A stretch of DNA of 64,000 nt from a bacterium (GTDB lineage: Bacteria > UBA8248). The stretch covers positions 3,392,001-3,456,000 of the forward strand of contig OY843592.1 in NCBI GenBank assembly GCA_963692865.2, read 5' to 3'. The translations under genes and the position numbers were made by a program. The stretch's first letter is position 1. Every line of letters starts with the position of its first letter. Shown here piece after piece: positions 29,222 through 39,299 of the stretch. A model generated the notes under the pieces. That model had not been told where the DNA came from and searched no databases. It saw only the letters and a program-made list of their open reading frames with translations.

Positions 29222-32200
29222 CTAGGCGTTCATTTCTCCTTTCTGTGGAGAATGCACATCCACCTCCTCTCTCGTAAGCCATTTGCCCGTCCATATACGC
29301 CACCAAAATCGCCCCACATCGTTTCCTATCAATGACATGACCGGAACCAGAACAAGTGTTATCACCGTGGCGAAAAGCAGTCCGAAGCATAAACTAATCG
29401 CCATGGGAATCAAGAATTGCGCCTGGAAGCTTTTCTCGAACAACATTGGCCCCAATCCCGCCGCAGTCGTTAATGTGGTCAGAACAATAGCTCTCCATCT
29501 GGCGACACCCGCCTGCTGTAGCGCATCTTCTATCGGCATTCCGTTTTTGATGCTCCGATTTGCGAAATCCAAAAGCACCAGAGAATCATTCACCACAACT
29601 CCGGTAAGAGCCAAGATACCCATCATGCTCAAGATGGAGATATCGAAACCCATGACAATATGCCCCCAAATTGCGCCTACAATTCCAAACGGAATGGCGC
29701 TCATGACGACGAAGGGCTGGAAATAGCTCCTGAACAGCGTGGCCAAAATCGTGAAAATGATGGCAATCGCGAGCGAAAAAGCGCGGAACAGGCTGTCGAA
29801 TGACTCCTGCGTCTCTTTAGCCTGACCCTCAAATCTAACCCCTACCCCGTTATAGCGGTTCAGGAACTTTGGGAAGAAATTCGCATTCAAGTCATTTAGA
29901 ACCTCGGTGGGATTGGCGCGGTCCTGGTCGATTTCGGCCGTTACATTAATCGCCCTTGATCTGGCTACTCGTCTTATGGCATCAAGCCCTTGAATCATAT
30001 CGACTTCCGCCACCTCATGGAAAGGGATTTCCGCCCCCGATGACGTCCTGACCCTCATTTTTCTAATATCTTCCAGAGAACGCCTCTCCTCGGACGGATA
30101 GCGAAGCTTGACCTTCACGTCATCCCGGCCACGTTGCAGACGCAGGACTTGCAGCCCGAAAAAGCGCGCGCGTAACTGACGCCCCAAGTCATCCAGATTC
30201 ACTCCCAGAACGCGGGCCTGTGGCTTCAATGATGTTCGGAACTCAAGCTTTCCAGGCCGGAAATCATCTTGAACATCATATAGGCCGGGATATTTAGTTA
30301 ACTCCCGCTTGAACTCCTGAGTTGCTCTTCTCAAAGTCCCGATGTCATCACCATAAAACTGCACATCTATAGGTTTACCACCGGGCGGTCCTGCTCCTCC
30401 TCCACTGAAAGTAAGGCTCATCACATCGGGAATTTCTCCTGTATTTTCACGCCATCGGTTGATGATTTCCTCCGAGCTGATTCCTCTGGCTTCTGAGGGC
30501 AGCATCTCGATAATCACCTGCGCCATATGACTCCCTCCCACGACGCGCCCGCCGCCTGGGTCAAGATTCTCACCCAGTATTGTAAATACATGTTTGACGA
30601 CTGGTTCACCCGTTTTCGAGCGGACAACTTCGTCAAGAGCAACGGCTGCCTGCTCTATCTTTTGCGCGGCGTTTTGCGTTTGCCGAATCGGGGTTCCCAG
30701 CGGGAACAGAATTTTGGCGTGCACCCAATCGGAATCGATTTTTGGAAAAAACAAAAATCTTACATGCCCGCCAACGGCTAAACCTACCGTCACCATAAAA
30801 ACCACCAAAGCCAGGGAGATGACCAGATACCTGGCGTTGAGGCAAAATTTCAGAATCGGCGCATAAAATCGATGGATGAGCCAGTTTATGGCTCTATCGA
30901 TGGCGTTTCTCATGCGAGATGAGAGCCCACCCGCCCTGGGAGGCCGCACCCAATGCCCCAGATGAGCCGGCAGAATGAATAACGACTCGATGAGAGAAGC
31001 GATTAAGGCGGCGATGATGGCCGCCGGGAGCACCGCCATGAATTTCCCGACCGTTCCTTCCACCATCAGCAAGGGAGCGAAAGCCACAATGGATGTCACG
31101 ACAGTCGCGGTGACCGGCAGGACGACTTCGTAACAGCCGTCAATAGCCGCCTGAACGCGATTTTTCCCTCTTTCCATATGCGAATAGATATTTTCAGCCA
31201 CTACAATGGCGTCGTCCACCAGTATCCCTAAAACCATGATGAAGGCGAACATCGAGAGCATGTTGAGCGTGCCGCCGGAGAAATTCAAGAATCCCAACGC
31301 CGTCAAAAGGGAGACGGGAATTCCCATCGCTACCCAAAAAGAAAGGCGAATGTTCAAAAACAGCCACATGGAGATGAAAACCAAAACGAGTCCGACGCGA
31401 CCGTTTCTCAACAAAAGATCGAGCCGGTCCTGTATCAAACGCGAGGTATCCGCCCAATGGGCCAAATCCAAACCTTCGGGTAGTTCTTTCCGCTTTTTCT
31501 TGACGTATTCAACTACCGTTTTAGAAATCGAAAGCGCATCTTCCTCATCGGTTCGATACACCAGGATGAGCGCAGCCGGTTTACCGTTGAATCGACCCGA
31601 TTTATCGCTGTCTTCAAAAGCGTCGACCACACGGGCAATATCACCGAGTCTCAAAATTGCGCCGTCTTTTTGGGTAAGTAATTCAAGCCGCTCGAACTCA
31701 GGGCCCGTGTAACGCTTTCCCAACGTCCTGATCCTGATTCTCCGCTCCGCAGAACGGATATCTCCGCCTGAGAGTTCCAGCACATTCTTGCGAATGATAT
31801 TCGCGACCCGCTCAAACGTCAGACCATAGCGGCGCAACATCTCCTCAGAGACTTCGATTGAAATTTCCCAATCTCTCAAGCCGCTCAGAACCACCTTTGA
31901 AATGTTGGGCAAATCCAGCAATTCATCTTTGATCTCCGTGGTTTTTCGTTTCAGGACTTCTTCGGACACATTGCCGAACAAGGAAAGACGAACCACTTGA
32001 TTTATCCGCTTCACCTCCGAAATGATGGGCCTTTCTATGTTCTCGGGCAACGTCTTGATACGATCGATTTCGCTCCGGATATCTTCCATCAAATCCCGGG
32101 AATTCTTGATCCAGGCATGTAGTTCCACGGCAATTTCACAGCGACCCTCATAAGCAATCGAAGTGATCTTTTTTACCCCCTCGACACCGGTCAGGGCCTC

Positions 32201-32407
32201 TTCAATCTTGATGCAAATGCCCTCTTCCACCTCCGCAGGACTCGCGCCCTCCCACGTGACTTTGACGCTGATTCGATCAAGAGCGAATTGAGGGAGCAAC
32301 TCGCTGCGGATTTGAAAAACGGCGACAACACCGATGATCAGCATTATCCCCATCAGAAGGTTGGCGAAAACAGTATGATGCGCGGACCAATCCAGAATTT
32401 GCTTCAT
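29222..32407 (-). CDS. RND efflux permease (AcrB family)
   Basis: GASPAEVEE, GILVDDAIVVAEN, GVVVNDS, R.RAIVLTTLTT. Confidence 0.95.
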   Translation of the reverse strand: MKQILDWSAHHTVFANLLMGIMLIIGVVAVFQIRSELLPQFALDRISVKVTWEGASPAEVEEGICIKIEEALTGVEGVKKITSIAYEGRCEIAVELHAWIKNSRDLMEDIRSEIDRIKTLPENIERPIISEVKRINQVVRLSLFGNVSEEVLKRKTTEIKDELLDLPNISKVVLSGLRDWEISIEVSEEMLRRYGLTFERVANIIRKNVLELSGGDIRSAERRIRIRTLGKRYTGPEFERLELLTQKDGAILRLGDIARVVDAFEDSDKSGRFNGKPAALILVYRTDEEDALSISKTVVEYVKKKRKELPEGLDLAHWADTSRLIQDRLDLLLRNGRVGLVLVFISMWLFLNIRLSFWVAMGIPVSLLTALGFLNFSGGTLNMLSMFAFIMVLGILVDDAIVVAENIYSHMERGKNRVQAAIDGCYEVVLPVTATVVTSIVAFAPLLMVEGTVGKFMAVLPAAIIAALIASLIESLFILPAHLGHWVRPPRAGGLSSRMRNAIDRAINWLIHRFYAPILKFCLNARYLVISLALVVFMVTVGLAVGGHVRFLFFPKIDSDWVHAKILFPLGTPIRQTQNAAQKIEQAAVALDEVVRSKTGEPVVKHVFTILGENLDPGGGRVVGGSHMAQVIIEMLPSEARGISSEEIINRWRENTGEIPDVMSLTFSGGGAGPPGGKPIDVQFYGDDIGTLRRATQEFKRELTKYPGLYDVQDDFRPGKLEFRTSLKPQARVLGVNLDDLGRQLRARFFGLQVLRLQRGRDDVKVKLRYPSEERRSLEDIRKMRVRTSSGAEIPFHEVAEVDMIQGLDAIRRVARSRAINVTAEIDQDRANPTEVLNDLNANFFPKFLNRYNGVGVRFEGQAKETQESFDSLFRAFSLAIAIIFTILATLFRSYFQPFVVMSAIPFGIVGAIWGHIVMGFDISILSMMGILALTGVVVNDSLVLLDFANRSIKNGMPIEDALQQAGVARWRAIVLTTLTTAAGLGPMLFEKSFQAQFLIPMAISLCFGLLFATVITLVLVPVMSLIGNDVGRFWWRIWTGKWLTREEVDVHSPQKGEMNA

Positions 32408-33729
32408 TGCGCGGAAGCCCCTCCGACAATCCCGTTTTGATCATTGAGTCTCATGCCGGAAACGGGGTCGGGGACCGCGGAAAGAATGATGCGGGCGTTT
32501 TCGCTCAATCCATTTTTGATTATGACGCCATCCTGATCTTTCCGAATGACTTCCACTTTCTGGATTCTGAGTTTCCCCTCGTCCAACAAATAAACATGAT
32601 CCCGTGCCCGCAATGAGGCGCGCGGAATGACGAACACGTCAGGCATCGTGATTCCTTTTATTTTCACTTCCACGAACATTCCCACGAAAAGGGGAGGATG
32701 TTCTCCGGGCACCCAGTTCTTCATGGGTTCAGGAATTTCGACCACGAGCGTAAGCGCGCGCGTGGATTCATCAAGCCCGGAATCCACGAGGGACACCCTT
32801 CCACTCCATTCAAACTTCTTTCCGAACTGACTCCAGGATACTCTGGCGGCGGGGAAGAAAGGCTTTACCTCTTCTTGACTACGGGGAAACGATACTTCCC
32901 GGATACGGCGAAACGCCCAGCGCGCATCCTCAACCGGCAGTGAAACCGGGACTTCAAGCGCTGAAACATCATAAATTTTTCCCACGGATTTACCCGCACT
33001 GGCGAAATCTCCTATTTCCAAACTCGTCTCTCGCACGCGAGCGTCAAAAGGAGCCACGATTTTGGTGCGGGACAACTGCAGAATCGCTCTTTTGAGTTCC
33101 GATCGGTTCGCACTCAAAGCCGCGCGTTTCTGCCTCGACTGAACGGGCAGTAGCGACAACACGTTCTTGATGGACTGAACCGTTCTTTCTTGTCGAAGAA
33201 AATTCTGTTGAGACTGATCATATTGACCAGAAGAGATTACGCCTTGTCTCCGCAATCTTTCGTTGCGCTCCATTTCTTGCGCAACCAGCTCCATTTGACG
33301 CTCTGCGATGTCCAGATCGGCCTGGTGGTTCTCCTCCTCCTGCCTCAAGCGGGCGATGTCGGCTCTGAGTTGCGCGATTTCCGCCTTGCGCCGCTCGATG
33401 GCGAGTTTGTAATCCGCAGGGTCGATTTGGAAAAGCACATCTCCTTTTTTGATGAAGCCGCCGGTCCTGAATCCAGACGAACGGCCAACCACTTTCCCGG
33501 ACACTTCGGGCACGATGGAAAGCTCCGTCTTGGGCCGGACTGTTCCGAATCCCTTGACCCAGAAGGTTTTGTCCTGTTTTTTCAAGAGCATGGTTCTGAC
33601 GAATCTGCGCGGCTCAGGGGCAATCACAACCTCGGGTTTTGGCCGATTCAGAATCAGGAGTCTTGTAATCGCCGCCCCTGCCGCCAGAACCACGACGGCC
33701 AGAATGATGAAGACTTTTTGACGAGACAT
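32404..33729 (-). CDS. RND periplasmic adaptor (MFP)
   Basis: N-terminal TM; EVSGKV, GDVLFQID, coiled coil, TKIVAPFD, GMFV; overlaps permease start. Confidence 0.92.
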   Translation of the reverse strand: MSRQKVFIILAVVVLAAGAAITRLLILNRPKPEVVIAPEPRRFVRTMLLKKQDKTFWVKGFGTVRPKTELSIVPEVSGKVVGRSSGFRTGGFIKKGDVLFQIDPADYKLAIERRKAEIAQLRADIARLRQEEENHQADLDIAERQMELVAQEMERNERLRRQGVISSGQYDQSQQNFLRQERTVQSIKNVLSLLPVQSRQKRAALSANRSELKRAILQLSRTKIVAPFDARVRETSLEIGDFASAGKSVGKIYDVSALEVPVSLPVEDARWAFRRIREVSFPRSQEEVKPFFPAARVSWSQFGKKFEWSGRVSLVDSGLDESTRALTLVVEIPEPMKNWVPGEHPPLFVGMFVEVKIKGITMPDVFVIPRASLRARDHVYLLDEGKLRIQKVEVIRKDQDGVIIKNGLSENARIILSAVPDPVSGMRLNDQNGIVGGASAQ

Positions 33730-33938
33730 TATATTTCCGGCATCTCCTCTCCAGGCGGCGACTTCAAGAACTCGGAGTTTCGCCGCCGAAACGGCCATGC
33801 CGATGACTTGAATTTCTCGAAAACTTCGAGAAAGACCGTGTATTGCACGCCTTCTTACCCCTATCAGCAGTGGCCTTTTGTGTCAAAAACCCGGTATCCT
33901 CAAATGAAATTATGCAACACATCAAAAAGGAAACGGAA

Positions 33939-34829
33939 ATGCGCGAAGACGTATTCTATTTCAGCGACGGCCTCAAAATCGCCGCGCATCTGTACCGCCC
34001 CGCCGACTGGCGGCCCGGCAACCCGCCCCGGCCGGGGGTCGTCTGCGTAACAGGATACAGCGGACGAAAGAATCTGGCCACAATCGACATGCCCATCCAC
34101 TTGAGCAAGGCGGGTTTTTTCACCCTCGCCCCCGATTACCGAGGCTACGGCGTAAGCGAGGGCGCGCGCGGACGCCACCGCCCACTGGAGCAGGCCCAGG
34201 ACACCTACGACGGAATCACCTACCTCCAAGCCGTAGAAGGCGTGGACAGCGAGCGAATCGGCCTGTACGGCACGAGTTTCGGCGGCGCGCACGCCATCTG
34301 GGTGGCGGCGTTCGACGAGCGGGTGAAGGCGACCGTCTCCGCCGTGGGAGTGCACGACGGCGAACGCTGGCTGCGAACGTTGAGGCGGCCTTACGAGTGG
34401 CTCGCCTTCCAGTCCCGGGTACGGGAAGCCGCCCGCAAGCGCGTCGCCGCGAACGAGCGGGAAACCATCATCCGCCACGACATCTACAGCGACGACCCGG
34501 ACAACCCCAAACCCCCGATGACGCTCGAAGAACACGGCTCCGAGGAAGTGCTCGAACTCGACCTCGAAAGCGTGGAGGCGTGTTTTCGCTATCGCCCCGA
34601 ATGGGTGGCCGGAAGAATCTCGCCCCGTCCCGTCCTGTTCATCTACGGGGAAGAAGACGTCATGGTCCCCCCCTCCGAGGCGCGCGCCTGCTACGAGGCC
34701 TGCGGCGAACCCAAGAAAATCGTCATGCTTCCCAGGGGACGCCACAACGACGTCTATCAGGTGAACAACCCGGAAATGTTCGAGACGGCCCTCGCGGAAA
34801 CGACGGCCTGGTTCGGCGAGCATTTATAG
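33939..34829 (+). CDS. Alpha/beta hydrolase
   Basis: DYRGYGVSEG, GTSFGG nucleophile elbow, GEED, GRH. Confidence 0.9.
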   Translation: MREDVFYFSDGLKIAAHLYRPADWRPGNPPRPGVVCVTGYSGRKNLATIDMPIHLSKAGFFTLAPDYRGYGVSEGARGRHRPLEQAQDTYDGITYLQAVEGVDSERIGLYGTSFGGAHAIWVAAFDERVKATVSAVGVHDGERWLRTLRRPYEWLAFQSRVREAARKRVAANERETIIRHDIYSDDPDNPKPPMTLEEHGSEEVLELDLESVEACFRYRPEWVAGRISPRPVLFIYGEEDVMVPPSEARACYEACGEPKKIVMLPRGRHNDVYQVNNPEMFETALAETTAWFGEHL

Positions 34830-34871
34830 ATTTTCTCCGATAAATCAAGCGCATAGGAGGCATTGCGAAAC

Positions 34872-35579
34872 ATGGGCGCCACGCTGATATTTCATGGACA
34901 ATCGACGTTTCTGGTGAAAACCGACGGCGGCAAGACCATCTACATCGACCCCTGGCTCGAGAAGAACCCCGTCTGTCCGCCTGAACTCAAGACGCCGCAG
35001 AAAGCGGACCTCATCTGCCTCACGCACGGCCATTTCGACCATACGGGCGACGTGATCCCCGTTTTCGAGGCGAATCCATGCCCCGTGGCGGGCCACATGG
35101 ACTTGATCCGCGCCATCGGCGCCGAATACGACTTAGGATCCCACGCCGCCCCCATGGGAAAGGACGGCACGGTCGATTTCGGCGGCGTCCGGCTCACCCT
35201 CACCCACGCCTTTCACGGGGGCGCCTACGGGCCGGAACTCAAGTACGCGGGCGAGCCCTGCGGCCTCGTTCTCACCTTCGAGGACGGCAAACGCCTCTAC
35301 CACGCGGGAGACACCGCCGTCTTCGGCGACATGCGCATCATCGCCGAGCTATACGCGCCCGACCTGTGCTGCCTGCCCATCGGAGACAGGGCCACCATGG
35401 GCGCGCGGCAGGCGGCGCTGGCCTGCGAGCTGCTGGGAGCGAAGCGCGTCGTGCCCATCCACCATTCGAGCCTGCCCCACTTGACGGGCACGCCCGAGGC
35501 GTTCATCGAGGAGGTGCGAAAGCGCGGCCTCGATACGGAAGTCATCGTCCTGGCGCCGGGGGAGAGCGTAACGCTCTGA
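34872..35579 (+). CDS. Metal-dependent hydrolase, MBL fold (UPF0173-like)
   Basis: IDPW, THGHFDHTGD, YHAGDT, LPIGD, VPIH. Confidence 0.92.
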   Translation: MGATLIFHGQSTFLVKTDGGKTIYIDPWLEKNPVCPPELKTPQKADLICLTHGHFDHTGDVIPVFEANPCPVAGHMDLIRAIGAEYDLGSHAAPMGKDGTVDFGGVRLTLTHAFHGGAYGPELKYAGEPCGLVLTFEDGKRLYHAGDTAVFGDMRIIAELYAPDLCCLPIGDRATMGARQAALACELLGAKRVVPIHHSSLPHLTGTPEAFIEEVRKRGLDTEVIVLAPGESVTL

Positions 35580-35590
35580 TTTCGCTTCTC

Positions 35591-36034
35591 TTAAGCACCC
35601 GGCCTCTCGATGAGTTCGAGCGTGTTGCCGTCGGGGTCTTCGATGTAGACGACGAAGCCGCCCGTGTTGGGCCCTTGCGTGACGGGCACGGGCGGCGAGA
35701 CGAACTTCACCCCCTTGGGCGCGAGCGTCTCGTACATCCCTTTGAGATCGTTGACGTTATAGGCGATGTGCGCGCTGCCCACGTTGTTCGTGGCCGTGTC
35801 TATCTTCACGCCCGGCGCGCCGACGTATTCGACGAGTTCGATGTTGTACTCCCCGCCCCGGATGTAGACGATGCGAAGGTCCGCTCCTGCGATGCCCGTC
35901 ACCTTCTCGCTGTAGTCCCGGGGCCGCGTCTCGTCCGAAAGTATCGTAAAATCAAGGGTTTCGCAGTACCACTCGGCGATCGCCAAAGCGTCGGACACCG
36001 TGAAACTCGTATGGTTGATGCTCACCAGACCCAT
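35591..36034 (-). CDS. VOC/glyoxalase family protein
   Basis: NHTSFTVSD, IELVEY, HIAY.V.D, DPDGNTLELIE. Confidence 0.9.
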   Translation of the reverse strand: MGLVSINHTSFTVSDALAIAEWYCETLDFTILSDETRPRDYSEKVTGIAGADLRIVYIRGGEYNIELVEYVGAPGVKIDTATNNVGSAHIAYNVNDLKGMYETLAPKGVKFVSPPVPVTQGPNTGGFVVYIEDPDGNTLELIERPGA

Positions 36035-36375
36035 CTCGCGCCTCCTCTTGCGCCATCGGTTCGGGGGCTTAAGCCTCCCGCTTTTCCGCCGTTTCTCCGG
36101 GCGCAATTATGGCATATCGCCGTTTTTAATTTTCGGAAATTTATCGAAAGACACGTTCAATATTTCGTCCCATGGACAATCGCACCCCCTGATACCCTGA
36201 AGTACGATAAATCGCTGTATTATAAGCGATAAATCTTGAATTTTCTTTTTCGCCTTCGCTTGCATTTACGACATACTTACGCTTTAATAGCCTCACATTT
36301 GATGCTGGACGTATGCGATTTGATTACGTATCGTCCATATCCTCCGGCCCGAAGTACGATTTCCGGGGAGTTTCC

Positions 36376-37551
36376 ATGCCCAGAAGAAGCGACATCAAGC
36401 TTACCAAGCGCGTCGTCGACGCGCTATCCGTCGAGACGAACGACGCCGTCTTCTGGGACCGGGACCTGGCCGGCTTCGGGGTGCGGGTCTACGCCACGGG
36501 CCGGAAGGTCTACGTGGTGCAGTCGAGAGGGCCGTGGGGCCCCAGGCGCGTGACGCTGGGCAGGCACGGCGAGATGTCGTGTGACGAGGCGAGGAAACAG
36601 GCCGCTCTCGTCATCGATCGCATCAAGCGGGGTGAGGAGCCCGGGCCCAAGGCGCCCGAGGCGGCGCCCACCGTGGCGGTTCTTGCCGAGCGCTTCATGC
36701 GCGACCACGTCGGGACGCGCTGCAGTCCCGACACCGCCGCGACCTACCGCTCCTTGCTCAAGAATCACATCCTGCCCGCGATGGGCGGGATGACGCTTGC
36801 AGATGTCGACCGGGCGCGAGTCTCGGTGCTTCACCACAGCCTCCGGGAGACGCCCACCCTTGCCAACAGGGCCGTGGTCGTTCTCTCCAAGATGTTCTCT
36901 CTGGCCGAGGCGTGGGGCCTGCTTCCTGGCGGGAGCAACCCGTGCCGGGGGCTTCGCCGCTACCGGACGCGGAAGCGGGAGCGGTTCCTGACGCAAGAGG
37001 AGTTCCGCCGCCTGGGCCGCGCGCTGCGTGACCTGGAGGCGGAGGGGAGGACGTGGCCGGTAGCGGCCGCAGCAATCAGGCTCCTGGCCCTCACCGGGTG
37101 CAGGCGGAGCGAGATACTGGACTTGCACTGGGACGACGTGGACCGCACGACGGGGGAGTTGCGCTTGAGGGACGCCAAGGCGGGACCGCGCATGGTTCCG
37201 CTCACGGCGCCTGCCCGGAAGGTGCTGGAAGGGGTCCCCCGGTCGCCGGACAACCCCTGGGTGTTCCCCGCAGGGAACGGGAAGGGCCGCCTGGGGAGCC
37301 TCTCCTACTACTGGGAGGCCGTGAGGGAGCGGGCGGGGTTTCATGATGTCCGCATTCATGACCTCCGGCATTCGTATGCCAGCCGGGCGCTGGCGCTGGG
37401 CGAGAGTCTCTCCGCGATCGGCAGGCTGCTCGGCCACCGCCACGTGGTGAGCACGGCGCGCTACGCGCACCTGATGCGCGATGCCGAGAAGGCGGCGGCC
37501 GCCCGGGTGGGCGAGAGCATCGGCGTCCACGTCAAGAGCCGGGAGAAGTAG
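36376..37551 (+). CDS. Tyrosine integrase with arm-binding domain
   Basis: WDRDLAGFGVRV; TGCRRSE, HDLRHSYAS, LLGH, TARYAH. Confidence 0.95.
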   Translation: MPRRSDIKLTKRVVDALSVETNDAVFWDRDLAGFGVRVYATGRKVYVVQSRGPWGPRRVTLGRHGEMSCDEARKQAALVIDRIKRGEEPGPKAPEAAPTVAVLAERFMRDHVGTRCSPDTAATYRSLLKNHILPAMGGMTLADVDRARVSVLHHSLRETPTLANRAVVVLSKMFSLAEAWGLLPGGSNPCRGLRRYRTRKRERFLTQEEFRRLGRALRDLEAEGRTWPVAAAAIRLLALTGCRRSEILDLHWDDVDRTTGELRLRDAKAGPRMVPLTAPARKVLEGVPRSPDNPWVFPAGNGKGRLGSLSYYWEAVRERAGFHDVRIHDLRHSYASRALALGESLSAIGRLLGHRHVVSTARYAHLMRDAEKAAAARVGESIGVHVKSREK

Positions 37552-37561
37552 AGGGGAAACG

Positions 37562-38727
37562 ATGCAGCCCAAAATCAAAACGCTCTCGAACCGCGCGGTC
37601 GCGAAGCTCGTGGTCGGGAAGGACACGGTGTTCTGGGACCGCGACCTCACCGGCTTCGGGGTGCGGGTCTACCCCACGGGGAGCAAGGTCTAGTCGCCCA
37701 GGCGCGGGGGCCTGAGGGCCCCAAACGGGTGGCGGTGGGCCGCCACGGCGTGATTCACGCGGAGGAGGCCAGGAAGCGCGCGGCGCTCGTCATCGCAAGG
37801 GTCAAGGCGGGCGAGGAGGCCGTGCCTGAGCCGATGAAGCCCGCAGGCGGTCCCACCGTGGCCGAACTCGCCGAGCGCTACCTCGCCGAATACGTCTCCG
37901 TGCGCTGCAAGCCGCGCACCGTGAAGACGGTCCGCTCCGTGGTCCGCAGACACATAGTACCTATCCTTGGGAAGCTGCCCCTTGCCGCGGTCGAGCGCGC
38001 CCACGTCGCGGAACTGCACGGTCGGTTGAGCGCCACGCCCGCGGCCGCGAACCAGGCCGTCCGGGCGCTGTCCGCGATGTACAAACTGGCCGAGAGCTGG
38101 GAGCTGGCGCCTGACGGATTATCGAACCCCTGCCGCGCGATCGCCGAATACCCCGGCCGCCGGCGGGAGCGGTTCCTCACGGAGGCGGAATTCACCCGCC
38201 TGGGAGAGGCACTCGATCAGGTCGAGACAGAGCGTGGCGTATCGGCGAGCGCGGTGGCGGCCATCAGGCTGTTGCTCCTGACCGGGTGCCGGAAGTCGGA
38301 GATCCTCACGCTGCGCTGGGAGGAGGTGGCGCTGGAGGCGGCGGAACTGCGGCTCTCAGACTCCAAGACGGGCGCGCGGGTCGTTTCGCTCTCGGAACCC
38401 GCGGTGAAGCTCCTCGCGGACCTGCCGCGTCTCCCCGGAGTCCCCTGGGTGATCCCCGGCAGGAAGCCGGGCACGCACCTCAAGAAGCTCGACGACGCCT
38501 GGCAGTCCGTCCGCTCGCGCGCGGGGCTCGACGACGTGCGCCTCCATGATCTCCGTCATTCGTTCGCATCGAGAGCTCTCGCGCTCGGCGAGGGGCTTTC
38601 CATGATCGGGAAGCTCCTGGGCCACGCGCGCATCGAGACCACGGCGCGCTACGCGCACCTCGCGCGCGATTCGGTGCGGGAGTCCGCCGAGCGGGTGGCC
38701 GCGAGCATCGCGGCGGACCTGCTGTAG
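37562..38727 (+). pseudogene. Second tyrosine integrase, 1-bp deletion near 37692
   Basis: GSKV followed by TA(c)GTC gives TAG; span 1166 bp = 3n-1; catalytic R-H-R-H-Y residues intact downstream. Confidence 0.85.
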
Positions 38728-38729
38728 GG
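38679..38729 (+). repeat. Integrase 3'-end direct repeat, copy 1
   Basis: ggagtccgccgagcgggtggccgcgagcatcgcggcggacctgctgtaggg. Confidence 0.9.
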
Positions 38730-38858
38730 TCACAGCAGGCGCGCGCCGGCAAGGTGGTTGCCCGTGCCCGGGGCCGGTGGTAAATTTCATTCCATTCAAC
38801 AGGTTATACGAATCGTTCATCCCGGATACTTCACCCGGACGAGGGCGGAAGGAGTCCT

Positions 38859-39152
38859 TTGCGGAAGACCGACATCATCAGCCTCGTGTCCGAGGATACG
38901 GGCCTGAGTAAGGTCAAGGCCGAAGAAGCCGTCGATGCCATCATCGACGCCGTCAGGGAAACCCTCGTGGAGGGCGAGTCCGTCACCCTGAGGCGCTTCG
39001 GCTCCTTCAGCGTGAGGGAGAAGAACGCCCGCGTGGGGCGCAACCCGAGGACGGGCCTCGAAGCGCCCATCACCGCCCGCAGGGTCGTGAGTTTCAAGGC
39101 GGGACGAAACTTCAGGGATGCGGTGAACGGCGCCGGGGTAAAATTCCCTTGA
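38859..39152 (+). CDS. HU/IHF family DNA-bending protein
   Basis: FGSFSVREKNARVGRNPRTG...RRVVSFKAG; AAGGAG RBS with TTG start. Confidence 0.93.
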   Translation: MRKTDIISLVSEDTGLSKVKAEEAVDAIIDAVRETLVEGESVTLRRFGSFSVREKNARVGRNPRTGLEAPITARRVVSFKAGRNFRDAVNGAGVKFP

Positions 39153-39220
39153 TTCGCCGGTTTCCGGCCGGCTTGTCGATATGGGAGCGCGTCGGTTGGC
39201 GTTGTCCATGACCGGCTGCC

Positions 39221-39271
39221 GGAGTCTGCCGAGCGGGTCGCCGCGAGCATCGCCGAAGACCTGCTGTAGGG
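39221..39271 (+). repeat. Integrase 3'-end direct repeat, copy 2 (att-like)
   Basis: ggagtctgccgagcgggtcgccgcgagcatcgccgaagacctgctgtaggg. Confidence 0.9.
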
Positions 39272-39299
39272 CGCCGGGCGCAACTCCCGTGCGGTTTTC

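Noticed and set aside
38786-38814. dif/Xer site
   Set aside because: A XerC-like arm (GATTCGTATAA on the minus strand) has no XerD arm at 6-bp spacing
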